A stretch of DNA of 46,142 nt from a virus (Duplodnaviria > Caudoviricetes): IMG/VR virus record IMGVR_UViG_3300028585_000034, positions 1 through 46,142 of that record; one strand, written 5' to 3'. The notes under the pieces were generated by a model. That model saw only the letters and a list, made by a program, of their open reading frames with translations. It was not told the DNA's origin and made no database searches. This document shows, one piece after another, positions 28,163 to 35,954 of the stretch. Each line of letters begins with the position of its first letter. Position 1 is the first letter of the stretch. Made by a program: the position numbers and the translations under genes.

Positions 28163-29235
28163 TGGCAGATTATTACGGCGTAAGGATTACCCCCGATGAT
28201 GGAGGTAAGCAAATCATCCTGGATGCAGGGACGCGCTTTCTTTCTTATCTGTCGACCATGCAGCTCAACGGCAGGGATCGAACCCGAGGCATTAAGGCGC
28301 CAACGCCCGGTGCTACGCCACTGGTGGTGCCGCGAAGCCTTGTGGGCGTCTTTCCGGGTGACGGTCAGGTGCCGCAGTTCTTCTATGTGAATGGATGGGG
28401 CGTGGATGCTGGAGGCAACTTCAGCTATTCCGTGGGCGGCAGCAAGGGCGTGGAGAACGTGGTCAATAATTTCACCACGGTTGACGTGTTTTCGATTGCC
28501 GGGCAGTCAAATCCGGGAAGCTATGGCGCGCGCATCACGGACGGTGCCAACTTCATGGAGATCAACGACACGAGTTATCTTGGCTACGTCACATGGCGCG
28601 GAACTGTGGATGTGAATGGATACTGGGACATCCCGGCCAGCGTGCTGAATATGGGCCCGTATGTGGTTTTTGCCCGATGGAACAACACGGCAACGCCATT
28701 ATTCCTCAACAGAGATAACAACCGGATTGAGTGCTACACCGGCTTTGGCAGTGCGGGTGGGGCGGGCGTGGGCGACTCTGTTGCAGGCGTGCAGCTGGTC
28801 ATCATTTCCTGCGCATTCTCTCCGTCTCTGCCAGCGTCGGGCTGGGGCATGGTGATTCGTAATGCACAGAACGTCATTACCTTCTCCAGCAAATATCCTC
28901 CGGTGATGTGGCGCGGCGGTTCATTCAACTTTCCCAACTATGACAACTTCGACACGTCCTCTGGAGAGGTGCTGAGCTGGGTGGGTCCGTCCGGTAACGT
29001 TGCGCAACCCATGGTGCCGCTCTGCAGCATTGGGATTCAGCGCGGAGATTTCAGCCGGTCATCAGGGAACTACTCATTCCGGCCTGTTCTGTATGCCGGT
29101 TTCAAGATGTCAGGTAACAGCGTGTCCTGCGCGCGTGCCAGACCAGCAGGGGCTGATGCGCCCGTTAGCCTTTATCAAAAGGCCAAGCAGGTAGGGTGCT
29201 CACTGCCCTGCCTGGACGCTGTTGATTACTTTTGA
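28162..29235 (+). CDS. Tail-associated protein (DUF6453-like)
   Basis: Translationally coupled to J; beta-rich, repeated YG..I motifs. Confidence 0.65.
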   Translation: MADYYGVRITPDDGGKQIILDAGTRFLSYLSTMQLNGRDRTRGIKAPTPGATPLVVPRSLVGVFPGDGQVPQFFYVNGWGVDAGGNFSYSVGGSKGVENVVNNFTTVDVFSIAGQSNPGSYGARITDGANFMEINDTSYLGYVTWRGTVDVNGYWDIPASVLNMGPYVVFARWNNTATPLFLNRDNNRIECYTGFGSAGGAGVGDSVAGVQLVIISCAFSPSLPASGWGMVIRNAQNVITFSSKYPPVMWRGGSFNFPNYDNFDTSSGEVLSWVGPSGNVAQPMVPLCSIGIQRGDFSRSSGNYSFRPVLYAGFKMSGNSVSCARARPAGADAPVSLYQKAKQVGCSLPCLDAVDYF

Positions 29236-29297
29236 ATTAAAACCCCCTTCAACAGACCCGGCCACTGCGCCGGGTTTTTTATTGCCCGGAGAAAACT

Positions 29298-30479
29298 ATG
29301 CCAGCAGGCACTATTGCTTTAACCAATAACTCAGCCGCAGTAACAGGCACAGGAACCAGCTTTAACAGCGAGCTGAAAGCTAATGATTTTGTTGTTGTAG
29401 TGGTTGGAGGCGTGACTTACACGCTGGGGGTAAAGTCTGTTGATTCAGCGACTGCGCTCACACTGACAACGGCTTACGGTGGCGCAACCACTTCCGGTCT
29501 GTCATGGACTCCCGTTCTTAATGCAACGCTGGTTGGCATTACTGCGCAGGTTGCGGCGGATGTAGCAAAAGCGATTCGCGGGCTTAATCTGGACAAGGCC
29601 AACTGGCAGCAGGTCTTTACCGGCACCGGCAACGTCACGGTTAACCTGCCGGATGGCACATCATTTACCGGGCCTGCATGGAATGGAATAACCACGTCTA
29701 TTGCTGCCAAGATGGATAAGAACAAAAATCTCAGCGATGTCGCTGATAAGCCCAGCGCACGCTCTAACCTTGGGCTTGGCAACTCAGCTTTAAGGGATGT
29801 GGGAACAACGGCAAGCACTGTGGCATCAGGAGCAGACGCGCGATTAGAAACCTTAAACGGAAAGTCGGGCGGGAGAATTTCTAGCGGTATTGAAATGCGA
29901 TATGTCAGCAGCACTGGTTCACAGGGACATCGGCTTGTTTCTGCTATCGGCAACACGTATGACGGCTCATACCATACTGCAGTAACCCTGATGCCAGAGA
30001 TTACATCCACCGGCAGCCGCTATGCTCATCTGATCGTTAATCAGGATTCCAGCTATAAAGATTGGTTTTTCGATTACAGCCAAGGTAATGCTTATGCGCC
30101 AAACTCATGGGTAAACCAGTCTGACAATCGCCTTAAAGAAAACATTGAGGCCGTTACCAAACCACTAGAGAAAATGCGGCAGATACGCGGCTGCACTTGG
30201 ATACGTATTGATGAGCAGGCCAAAGGGAACTTTGGCATAGGATTCATTGCACAGGAGATTCAGGCAGTTTTTCCAGGCGCGGTTAGTGCAGGCCCAACTG
30301 GAAGCGTCAAAGTGAACGGAGAAGATATCGAATCACCGCTAGCTCTTTCAGCAGGAGATATAGCTGCCGCTCTACATCATGAGGCAATACTGGCGCTGAT
30401 GGATAAAATTGAGCAGAGAGATGCTGTTATCGAAGAGCTTCAAAATCGCATGAAAGCTATTGATGGTCTCGATGCATAA
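29298..30479 (+). CDS. Tail fibre with peptidase S74 intramolecular chaperone
   Basis: M.AGTI.LTN...VTGTGTSF N-terminus; ARSNLGLG; SDNRLKENI...GFIAQE. Confidence 0.9.
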   Translation: MPAGTIALTNNSAAVTGTGTSFNSELKANDFVVVVVGGVTYTLGVKSVDSATALTLTTAYGGATTSGLSWTPVLNATLVGITAQVAADVAKAIRGLNLDKANWQQVFTGTGNVTVNLPDGTSFTGPAWNGITTSIAAKMDKNKNLSDVADKPSARSNLGLGNSALRDVGTTASTVASGADARLETLNGKSGGRISSGIEMRYVSSTGSQGHRLVSAIGNTYDGSYHTAVTLMPEITSTGSRYAHLIVNQDSSYKDWFFDYSQGNAYAPNSWVNQSDNRLKENIEAVTKPLEKMRQIRGCTWIRIDEQAKGNFGIGFIAQEIQAVFPGAVSAGPTGSVKVNGEDIESPLALSAGDIAAALHHEAILALMDKIEQRDAVIEELQNRMKAIDGLDA

Positions 30480-30589
30480 AGAAGCTCGGCGATCGGGCAA
30501 GCTTCGAGGCGTCTCGCATCTTTGTGCAAGGCCGCATGCACAGTAAGGCTGGCACGTATATCGTGAGCCTTCATCAATATGGAGGCATC

Positions 30590-30772
30590 ATGGAAAGAGA
30601 TTTCGCAGACCAACTATATGACGCAGCGTGTCAGGAGATAGGGGCAGCAGTGGTGGAGATAGTCAGCTCCGGCCACGCAGTCACGGATGAGGCGATTAAA
30701 CTCACGCTGGCGCGGTACCTCGAAGCAGGCGATCAGCTTGCAGCGGACACCGCCATCTACCTGATGCAGTAG
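30590..30772 (+). CDS. Small hypothetical protein (60 aa)
   Basis: GGAGG before ATG 30590. Confidence 0.65.
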   Translation: MERDFADQLYDAACQEIGAAVVEIVSSGHAVTDEAIKLTLARYLEAGDQLAADTAIYLMQ

Positions 30773-30828
30773 CGGACTGACAAATCTCCTGACCCATTTC
30801 GCTTGATCGAAATCACCCACAGATATTA

Positions 30829-30844
30829 CTGTTGTTATATACAG
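30829..30844. promoter_or_regulatory. LexA (SOS) box
   Basis: CTG-TTGTTATATA-CAG overlapping a TTGATC...TACTGT promoter. Confidence 0.75.
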
Positions 30845-30864
30845 TAATTTGGCTGGGGGATTTT

Positions 30865-31128
30865 ATGGGCGGCAAGGACAGCAATTTCAGGGTTGTGTAT
30901 CGGGGTGAGGCGCTTGAGAACTTCAGGGAGGGTGAGTGGGTATTCTTCCAGCGGGCAAAGGAGTGCGGCGGCGGCTACTGGTTTGGCCGGACGTATGCCT
31001 TTTACTTCTTGCTTGAGTTTGAGCAGCCGACGTCACTGGCGCAGGGGATCAACTACCTGCTAGTGCTGGAGAGCAACAGGCCGCAACTTGAAGTGTTCGA
31101 CGATGACCAGTTTGGCCTGCCGCTCTGA
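30865..31128 (+). CDS. Putative SOS-regulated hypothetical protein (87 aa)
   Basis: GGGGGA before ATG 30865, directly downstream of the LexA box. Confidence 0.7.
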   Translation: MGGKDSNFRVVYRGEALENFREGEWVFFQRAKECGGGYWFGRTYAFYFLLEFEQPTSLAQGINYLLVLESNRPQLEVFDDDQFGLPL

Positions 31129-31139
31129 ATCACAGACAG

Positions 31140-31290
31140 GATTCTGGGGTAGCACATATGGAGCACAAAAAAATACCGCAAATCAGCTTAAACCAACTCA
31201 AGTGCTGGAATCTGCCTTGCGGTATAACTCTGTGAAAGCTTAAAGCAACTCACATCAACCTAACTCATTGAATGTAAAGCTCGGTATCAT
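31140..31290. other. Probable attR / integrase arm-site region
   Basis: Short direct repeats (agcaca x2, aactca x3) in AT-rich DNA at the composition boundary; the core cannot be defined without attL. Confidence 0.45.
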
Positions 31291-31610
31291 GAATATGCAG
31301 CTGTAACATCGCGCATCCGCAGGCGCGCCGTGTTGCGGCCAGCCTGCATGCCACGCCCTTAAATGAGCACGGCGTACAGGATCGCGGGTGGACAGCCGCC
31401 GCGATAATCATGCACGTCGCCTTGTTTTCACCGCACCCGTTGTTGTCATTCCCCCAATAATCTGGCGCGTTCGCGCTGCTTTGCCGGTCTGCAAACTGAC
31501 CGGGGCAGAGTTGCACGCTGCGGTCTGACGCAGCGGATGTATCGTGCGGCTTCCCGCCTCTGAAAAGGGCCGGGCCGTGCGTTCAACCGCAGCGATCTCA
31601 GGATAAAATA

Positions 31611-31949
31611 ATGAAAAAAAACCTGCTTGCCGTGGCCCTGATGCTGCTGGCTGGCTGCGCCACCAAACAGTATCCACAGGCACCCGCGGTCACTGCTGAA
31701 GAAGCTGCCGCCTTTGATTGCCGGGCGCTGGATCAGGAAATTGCCAGTGCGCGTAGCGTGCAACATGAAATCGATGAAACCGGCCGCTTCGATGTGCTGA
31801 CGGTGATGGGCTTTGTTGGTGATTTCGGTCTGGGGAATGGCATCGCCAAAAGCCGCGCTACCGGCAAAGCGCAGGCGCGATTACATCAGCTTAACCAACT
31901 GAAAACGGTACAGTGCGCCGGAGCGGTTACGCCTGCCGGTGCGGGCTGA
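31611..31949 (+). CDS. Lipoprotein
   Basis: MKKNLLAVALMLLAGC lipobox. Confidence 0.85.
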   Translation: MKKNLLAVALMLLAGCATKQYPQAPAVTAEEAAAFDCRALDQEIASARSVQHEIDETGRFDVLTVMGFVGDFGLGNGIAKSRATGKAQARLHQLNQLKTVQCAGAVTPAGAG

Positions 31950-31990
31950 TCGACACGGAAATCACCTGCGCGTGGCCACCGTTGCTCATA

Positions 31991-32025
31991 CAAAAGCGCA
32001 TAAAAAAAGGCCGCTTGCGCGACCT
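31991..32025. repeat. 35-bp direct repeat, left copy (contains a minus-strand terminator)
   Basis: caaaagcgcataaaaaaaggccgcttgcgcgacct; one mismatch to 39495-39529. Confidence 0.85.
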
Positions 32026-32057
32026 GTCTGTGTTTGTTCCACCACGGCGACTCAACA

Positions 32058-32159
32058 TCACCCGACCCATTGGCGACGAATTGTCAGGGTGGTGCGGGCT
32101 GTCAATGTAGTCAATCCCACTGCGACTGATAATACTGACATTATCAGGGTAATCAGCAT
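32058..32159 (-). CDS. Small hydrophobic peptide (33 aa)
   Basis: AAGGAGGT RBS; MLITLIMSVLSVAVGLTTLTARTTLTIRRQWVG. Confidence 0.6.
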   Translation of the reverse strand: MLITLIMSVLSVAVGLTTLTARTTLTIRRQWVG

Positions 32160-32296
32160 CAGCTCACCTCCTTACAAAGAGATCGTTATTTTGCCTGCCT
32201 GCCTGCATCCGCGCCTCATCACCATTTAACTTTATCGTCGACGCTCATCTTTAAGATGTCTGGTAGCGCTATGGCGTAGCCTGTCCCTTTCATCGC

Positions 32297-32458
32297 CTAT
32301 CTCGCGGTTACTGCTTTGGTCGGCTTAGCGTGCCCAACGTTATAAAGCGTCGTGATGCTTCCACCGCCATACAGGCCACCTGTTGCAGCAAGGATACTGC
32401 GCTCATTTTCCCTACGTGCATGGCGACGCGCCCGGCAACGTTGTCTTGCATTCATCAT
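32297..32458 (-). CDS. N-like antitermination protein (53 aa)
   Basis: Arginine-rich MNARQRCRARRHARR N-terminus and LY..GH.K....VTAR C-terminus as in lambdoid N proteins; located left of the repressor. Confidence 0.8.
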   Translation of the reverse strand: MMNARQRCRARRHARRENERSILAATGGLYGGGSITTLYNVGHAKPTKAVTAR

Positions 32459-32503
32459 GACCTCTCTTTGTCCGGTACAGAACGTTATAACCACAAGCGG
32501 TAA

Positions 32504-32565
32504 CTGGATTTTTTATCCAGCGGTCGCCCGGCATAAGGTATCAATAACGTTGAGTGTTAAAGCGC
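32504..32565 (-). promoter_or_regulatory. nutL-like site
   Basis: boxA-like GCGCTTTAACA then hairpin CTGGAT-AAAAA-ATCCAG upstream of the N-like gene. Confidence 0.55.
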
Positions 32566-32608
32566 ATTGGCTTTGTGACGGTTAATGCTGCCTGTTAGCG
32601 GGATAAAT

Positions 32609-32670
32609 AATACCTTTTGGTATTGATTTCGGCAAAGAGTATTGGCTGCTAATCAATAGCTAAACGCATA
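32609..32670. promoter_or_regulatory. OL-like operators
   Basis: AATAC-cttttg-GTATT (32609) and AATAG-ctaaac-GCATA (32655), same consensus as OR. Confidence 0.65.
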
Positions 32671-32808
32671 AATGCTTGCCATGAAAAGAAAAATATTTTC
32701 GACAGGAGGAGGAGATTGCGCGGAAAAGTATCGATTGAAATGGATTGATGCGAATAATTAACGTCACTGCCTTGTAATTTCTTCATTCTGTGGCACAGTA
32801 TTAAAACA

Positions 32809-32824
32809 CTGTATATAAAAACAG
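32809..32824. promoter_or_regulatory. LexA (SOS) box
   Basis: CTGTATATAAAAACAG, near-consensus. Confidence 0.85.
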
Positions 32825-32953
32825 TTTACTGGATTATCGTGAGATAACCCATTGATTAATCTCGTCACGAAACGGAGGAGTTGTGGCTATAGCGTTGCTG
32901 AGAACAGGAAAAGGAGGATATGTTGAATACGTCCCGCCGGCACGGGACGAGCG

Positions 32954-33574
32954 CTATTTTCTACGTTTTAAATCGCGAAGAAGAAAAACAGCAACGCCGA
33001 TGAGTTCGGCAGAGGATGAGATATCCAGCAAGGGAACGCGTGGATCATCTACTGCAAGAAATCCAGATTCTCCGCCATCCAAAAAGCGATAAATTGAATA
33101 TGATGAATTGACTTTCGCATAGACCAGATCGCCATTCCCGGGCTTTTCACCGGTATCGATAACCACGATGGTTCCCGCTGGTGCTTCTGCGCATCCGCTG
33201 TTTCTTGGCAGGACGTAAGCCCTGCAGTCGTTGCTCTTAACAACGTCAGGAACATACACTTCTTGTCCAGTCCTGCCATCCTGATCCCAGATGTTGACAG
33301 AAAATACGCCGCCTGGCTGCATGCTGTTTGCTGGAGGATGTGGGTAACTCATCTTTCCGCCAGCGTCCATTTCCCCAACGCCATTTGCAAGCCAGTCAAT
33401 ATTGACTGACAAAGCATTAGCGATATCCACCAGCTTGGTTGAGCCCTTCGCCTGTCCGTTCGCAAGTCGCCAGATAGTAGGTTGAGCAACGCCAGACGCT
33501 TTAGCTAAAGCACCCTGAGAGAAATTACGCGCAGTCATGGCCTGCGTGAGCCGTTCAGCAAGAGTTGTTTTCAT
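32954..33574 (-). CDS. CI-like repressor (HTH + degenerate S24 domain)
   Basis: LAERL...SQGALAKASGVAQPTIWRL HTH; C-domain lacks recognisable AG, GDSM and KRL motifs. Confidence 0.9.
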   Translation of the reverse strand: MKTTLAERLTQAMTARNFSQGALAKASGVAQPTIWRLANGQAKGSTKLVDIANALSVNIDWLANGVGEMDAGGKMSYPHPPANSMQPGGVFSVNIWDQDGRTGQEVYVPDVVKSNDCRAYVLPRNSGCAEAPAGTIVVIDTGEKPGNGDLVYAKVNSSYSIYRFLDGGESGFLAVDDPRVPLLDISSSAELIGVAVFLLRDLKRRK

Positions 33575-33585
33575 GAGAGGCAATT

Positions 33586-33679
33586 TATAGCCGTGCGTAT
33601 TGCACGTCAATTGCAAAAAGGTATTGCATCAAATAATACTTATTGCTATTGTTTGTGGCATGCAATACGAATGTGAATA
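33586..33679 (+). promoter_or_regulatory. OR operators and pR
   Basis: AATA(C/G)-N6-(G/C)TATT-like sites at 33586, 33610, 33635, 33664; TTGCAT-17-TATTGT at 33624-33652. Confidence 0.7.
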
Positions 33680-33882
33680 ATTGATGGCGGCCAGACTATT
33701 TATAAAGTCGCCATCCTTACAGGGAGCCGGTAAAGCGCCTGTTCCTGCACAGGGTGATGCATCCCACTAAGTAGTGCGAGTTACACGGTGGTGGAATGGA
33801 TGCTTTTAACATTTTTGTGAACGTTAAAGCACAAGCGTGTCTTCCGGATTAGGCAGGCCGCCTGTAGCAAGTTAAGCACGAC

Positions 33883-33926
33883 CGCTCTTTATCAATTTGA
33901 ACCCTCACCCTATGCCGAGAAGGCGT
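33883..33926 (+). promoter_or_regulatory. nutR site
   Basis: boxA CGCTCTTTA; boxB ATGCC-GAGAA-GGCGT. Confidence 0.75.
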
Positions 33927-34447
33927 CTGGTGAAAAATTACGTGACCTGCTCACCGCACTGCCACACCGGTTAAATACGGGTTAAGGCGTTGTCGGCTAC
34001 AGGACGCGAAAAAAAGCAACGAGGTCGAAAGCAGCGGGTTTAACCGAATCGTTGTAGCAGGCCCTGACAAAAGTGCCGCTGCTGCTGTCGACAATGCGTA
34101 GATCTCTCGCTGAAAACGCGACTGCTATAAACATCCCTATGTTGCTGGCGTTTAAAGCAGTATGAGCGAATCACTCGCTGTCGAAATACACAGCCGATAA
34201 CGTCGTGAAGAGATGTATGTATTACCTGTCTCTGCTGACGAAGCTCTCTAACAGAATTCAGGGGGCAACATTTTCTCTGCAGGGGCAGGCAATAGCAGGG
34301 GTATTTAGTCGCCACAGCATCATTTTGCTGTGAAAGTCATACCGGAATGAGAACGGGTATCTCTGGCACCAGGTTGAAGCATACCTCACGCCTGAACGCT
34401 CATCCCGGTGCGCTGTTTATTTGACTCCTGCACGTTAATCACTTTTT

Positions 34448-34474
34448 AAAGGCCGCCATCAGAGCGGCCTTTTT
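34448..34474 (+). terminator. Terminator upstream of the lysis genes
   Basis: aaaggccgc-catcaga-gcggccttttt. Confidence 0.75.
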
Positions 34475-34575
34475 GCGTTTCACGCCACTCGATATTTCTC
34501 AATATACGCCTGCCAGCGAAGTGACGTGCTTTCTTTCCAACCATCAACAGCACCGACCGTCGTCATGGAGGTGAT

Positions 34576-34818
34576 ATGAGTATTGATATGAGCAAACTGG
34601 CATCAGGCGCTGCTTATGGCGCATCTGCCGGGACGATCGCCAACGGGCTTTTGACCTGCTTAAGTCCCGATGAATGGAGTGCTGTAGGCGTGCTGGCCGG
34701 TATTGTGGTGGCGCTTATTACGCTCGGGATCAACTGGTATTACAAACGCAAGGCCACGCTGGCGCAGATCAAGGCGCTTCAATGCTGGCCCATCGCATCA
34801 CATATTACAGAGGACTAA
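34576..34818 (+). CDS. Class II pinholin (phage 21 S-like)
   Basis: MSIDMSKLASGAAYGASAG...W...G....T..INWYYKRK; dual Met start; GGAGGT RBS. Confidence 0.9.
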   Translation: MSIDMSKLASGAAYGASAGTIANGLLTCLSPDEWSAVGVLAGIVVALITLGINWYYKRKATLAQIKALQCWPIASHITED

Positions 34819-34821
34819 CCC

Positions 34822-35334
34822 ATGGCTATGTCAAACAGCCTGCGCAATAAGCTAATGACTGCTGCGGGCAGCGGCGCCATGTTTATCGCTATGGCGTTCC
34901 TTGGCGGAAAGGAGGGGGTGGAAGGGCGACAGTATACGCCCTATCAGGATGTGGCTGGTGTCTGGACGGTCTGTGACGGGCACACCGGCAGCGATATCGT
35001 TCAAAGTAAGCAGTACACCGATCGTGAATGCAATCATCTGTTATCGGTTGACCTGCAGCCGGTCAAAAAGACGGTCGACAGCATGGTAAAAATCCCGCTG
35101 GGCGAATATCAGCGCGCCGCGCTCTACAGCTTCACCTATAACGTCGGCACCCGCGCATTTTCTACATCAACGCTGCTAAAACAGCTGAATGCCGGTGATG
35201 TGAAGGGTGCCTGTCAGGCGCTTCGTCACTGGGTTTATGCAGGCGGCCAGAAGTGGCGTGGATTGATGAATCGCCGCGATATGGAGCGGTCAATGTGCCT
35301 GGCGGAGAATGCTGATGAGCTGGCTGGCAAATAA
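34822..35334 (+). CDS. SAR endolysin (GH24 lysozyme)
   Basis: Ala/Gly-rich N-terminal anchor; EG....YQDVAGVWTVCDGHT; GL.NRR.ME. Confidence 0.93.
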   Translation: MAMSNSLRNKLMTAAGSGAMFIAMAFLGGKEGVEGRQYTPYQDVAGVWTVCDGHTGSDIVQSKQYTDRECNHLLSVDLQPVKKTVDSMVKIPLGEYQRAALYSFTYNVGTRAFSTSTLLKQLNAGDVKGACQALRHWVYAGGQKWRGLMNRRDMERSMCLAENADELAGK

Positions 35335-35716
35335 CTGGCGTTCGGTATTGTGGTTCTTGCTGGTGGCGGCTGTGGTGACGTTTGGCACCGCTGCCAGCCA
35401 CTATCACGCCAGGATGTTGCAGGCACAGGAAAAGGTATCGGCGGCACTACAGGCCCGGAAAAAGGCAGAGTCGATCGCCAGTAACCTTATCACTGCCGTG
35501 ACGCTCTTCAACGATATCGGAAAGGCGGCCCACGATGCTCGGTATCAAAACGAGACAGAAAGTGAGAGGCGTATTGTTTACATCAGGCAGTCAATTCAAC
35601 GCGATGCGTGCGCTGCTCATCCTGTTCCCGCTGATGTTGCTGACAGCCTGCGCAAACACAACGAAAGAATACGTTCAGCTTCCGGCAGTGCCCATTCCGG
35701 CAGAACTGCTGGCTGA
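35309..35716 (+). CDS. Rz-like i-spanin
   Basis: N-terminal TM, coiled coil, overlaps the endolysin end. Confidence 0.8.
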   Translation: MLMSWLANNWRSVLWFLLVAAVVTFGTAASHYHARMLQAQEKVSAALQARKKAESIASNLITAVTLFNDIGKAAHDARYQNETESERRIVYIRQSIQRDACAAHPVPADVADSLRKHNERIRSASGSAHSGRTAG

Positions 35717-35849
35717 CTGTGAAATACCTCCCGTACCAGAATCGGTGACCTATGGCGACGTTCTCGAAATGAATGAAAAGCTTATGACATCGATTGAAAA
35801 CTGTAACCGGGATAAACGAGCCATAAAAGAAATTGAATCCCTCAGGTAA
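35604..35849 (+). CDS. Rz1-like o-spanin lipoprotein
   Basis: MRALLILFPLMLLTAC lipobox, Pro-rich, CNRDK; overlaps Rz in another frame. Confidence 0.85.
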   Translation: MRALLILFPLMLLTACANTTKEYVQLPAVPIPAELLADCEIPPVPESVTYGDVLEMNEKLMTSIENCNRDKRAIKEIESLR

Positions 35850-35954
35850 TTTATAAATTAATAGCTAACTGCATTTTAAAGATTATTTATTTTAAAGAAT
35901 AAATAAACATCCCCCCATGAGCAAAATGCTCAATAAACCATGAAAGGAAATACC

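Larger units (their letters stand above)
1..31280 (+). mobile_element. Lambdoid siphovirus prophage, late region (left part lies outside the window)
   Basis: Co-oriented Rz end, terS, terL, portal, head, tail, tape measure, M/L/K/I/J and fibre genes; sequence becomes visibly more GC-rich and host-like after ~31,290. Confidence 0.95.

Noticed and set aside
31265-31683. Several overlapping minus-strand ORFs near the att region
   Set aside because: No RBS or recognisable motif; they overlap the lipoprotein gene
33720-33800. tRNA-like fragment (cggtaaagcg, cctgt/acagg stem)
   Set aside because: No T-arm GTTC or acceptor stem; at most a decayed relic
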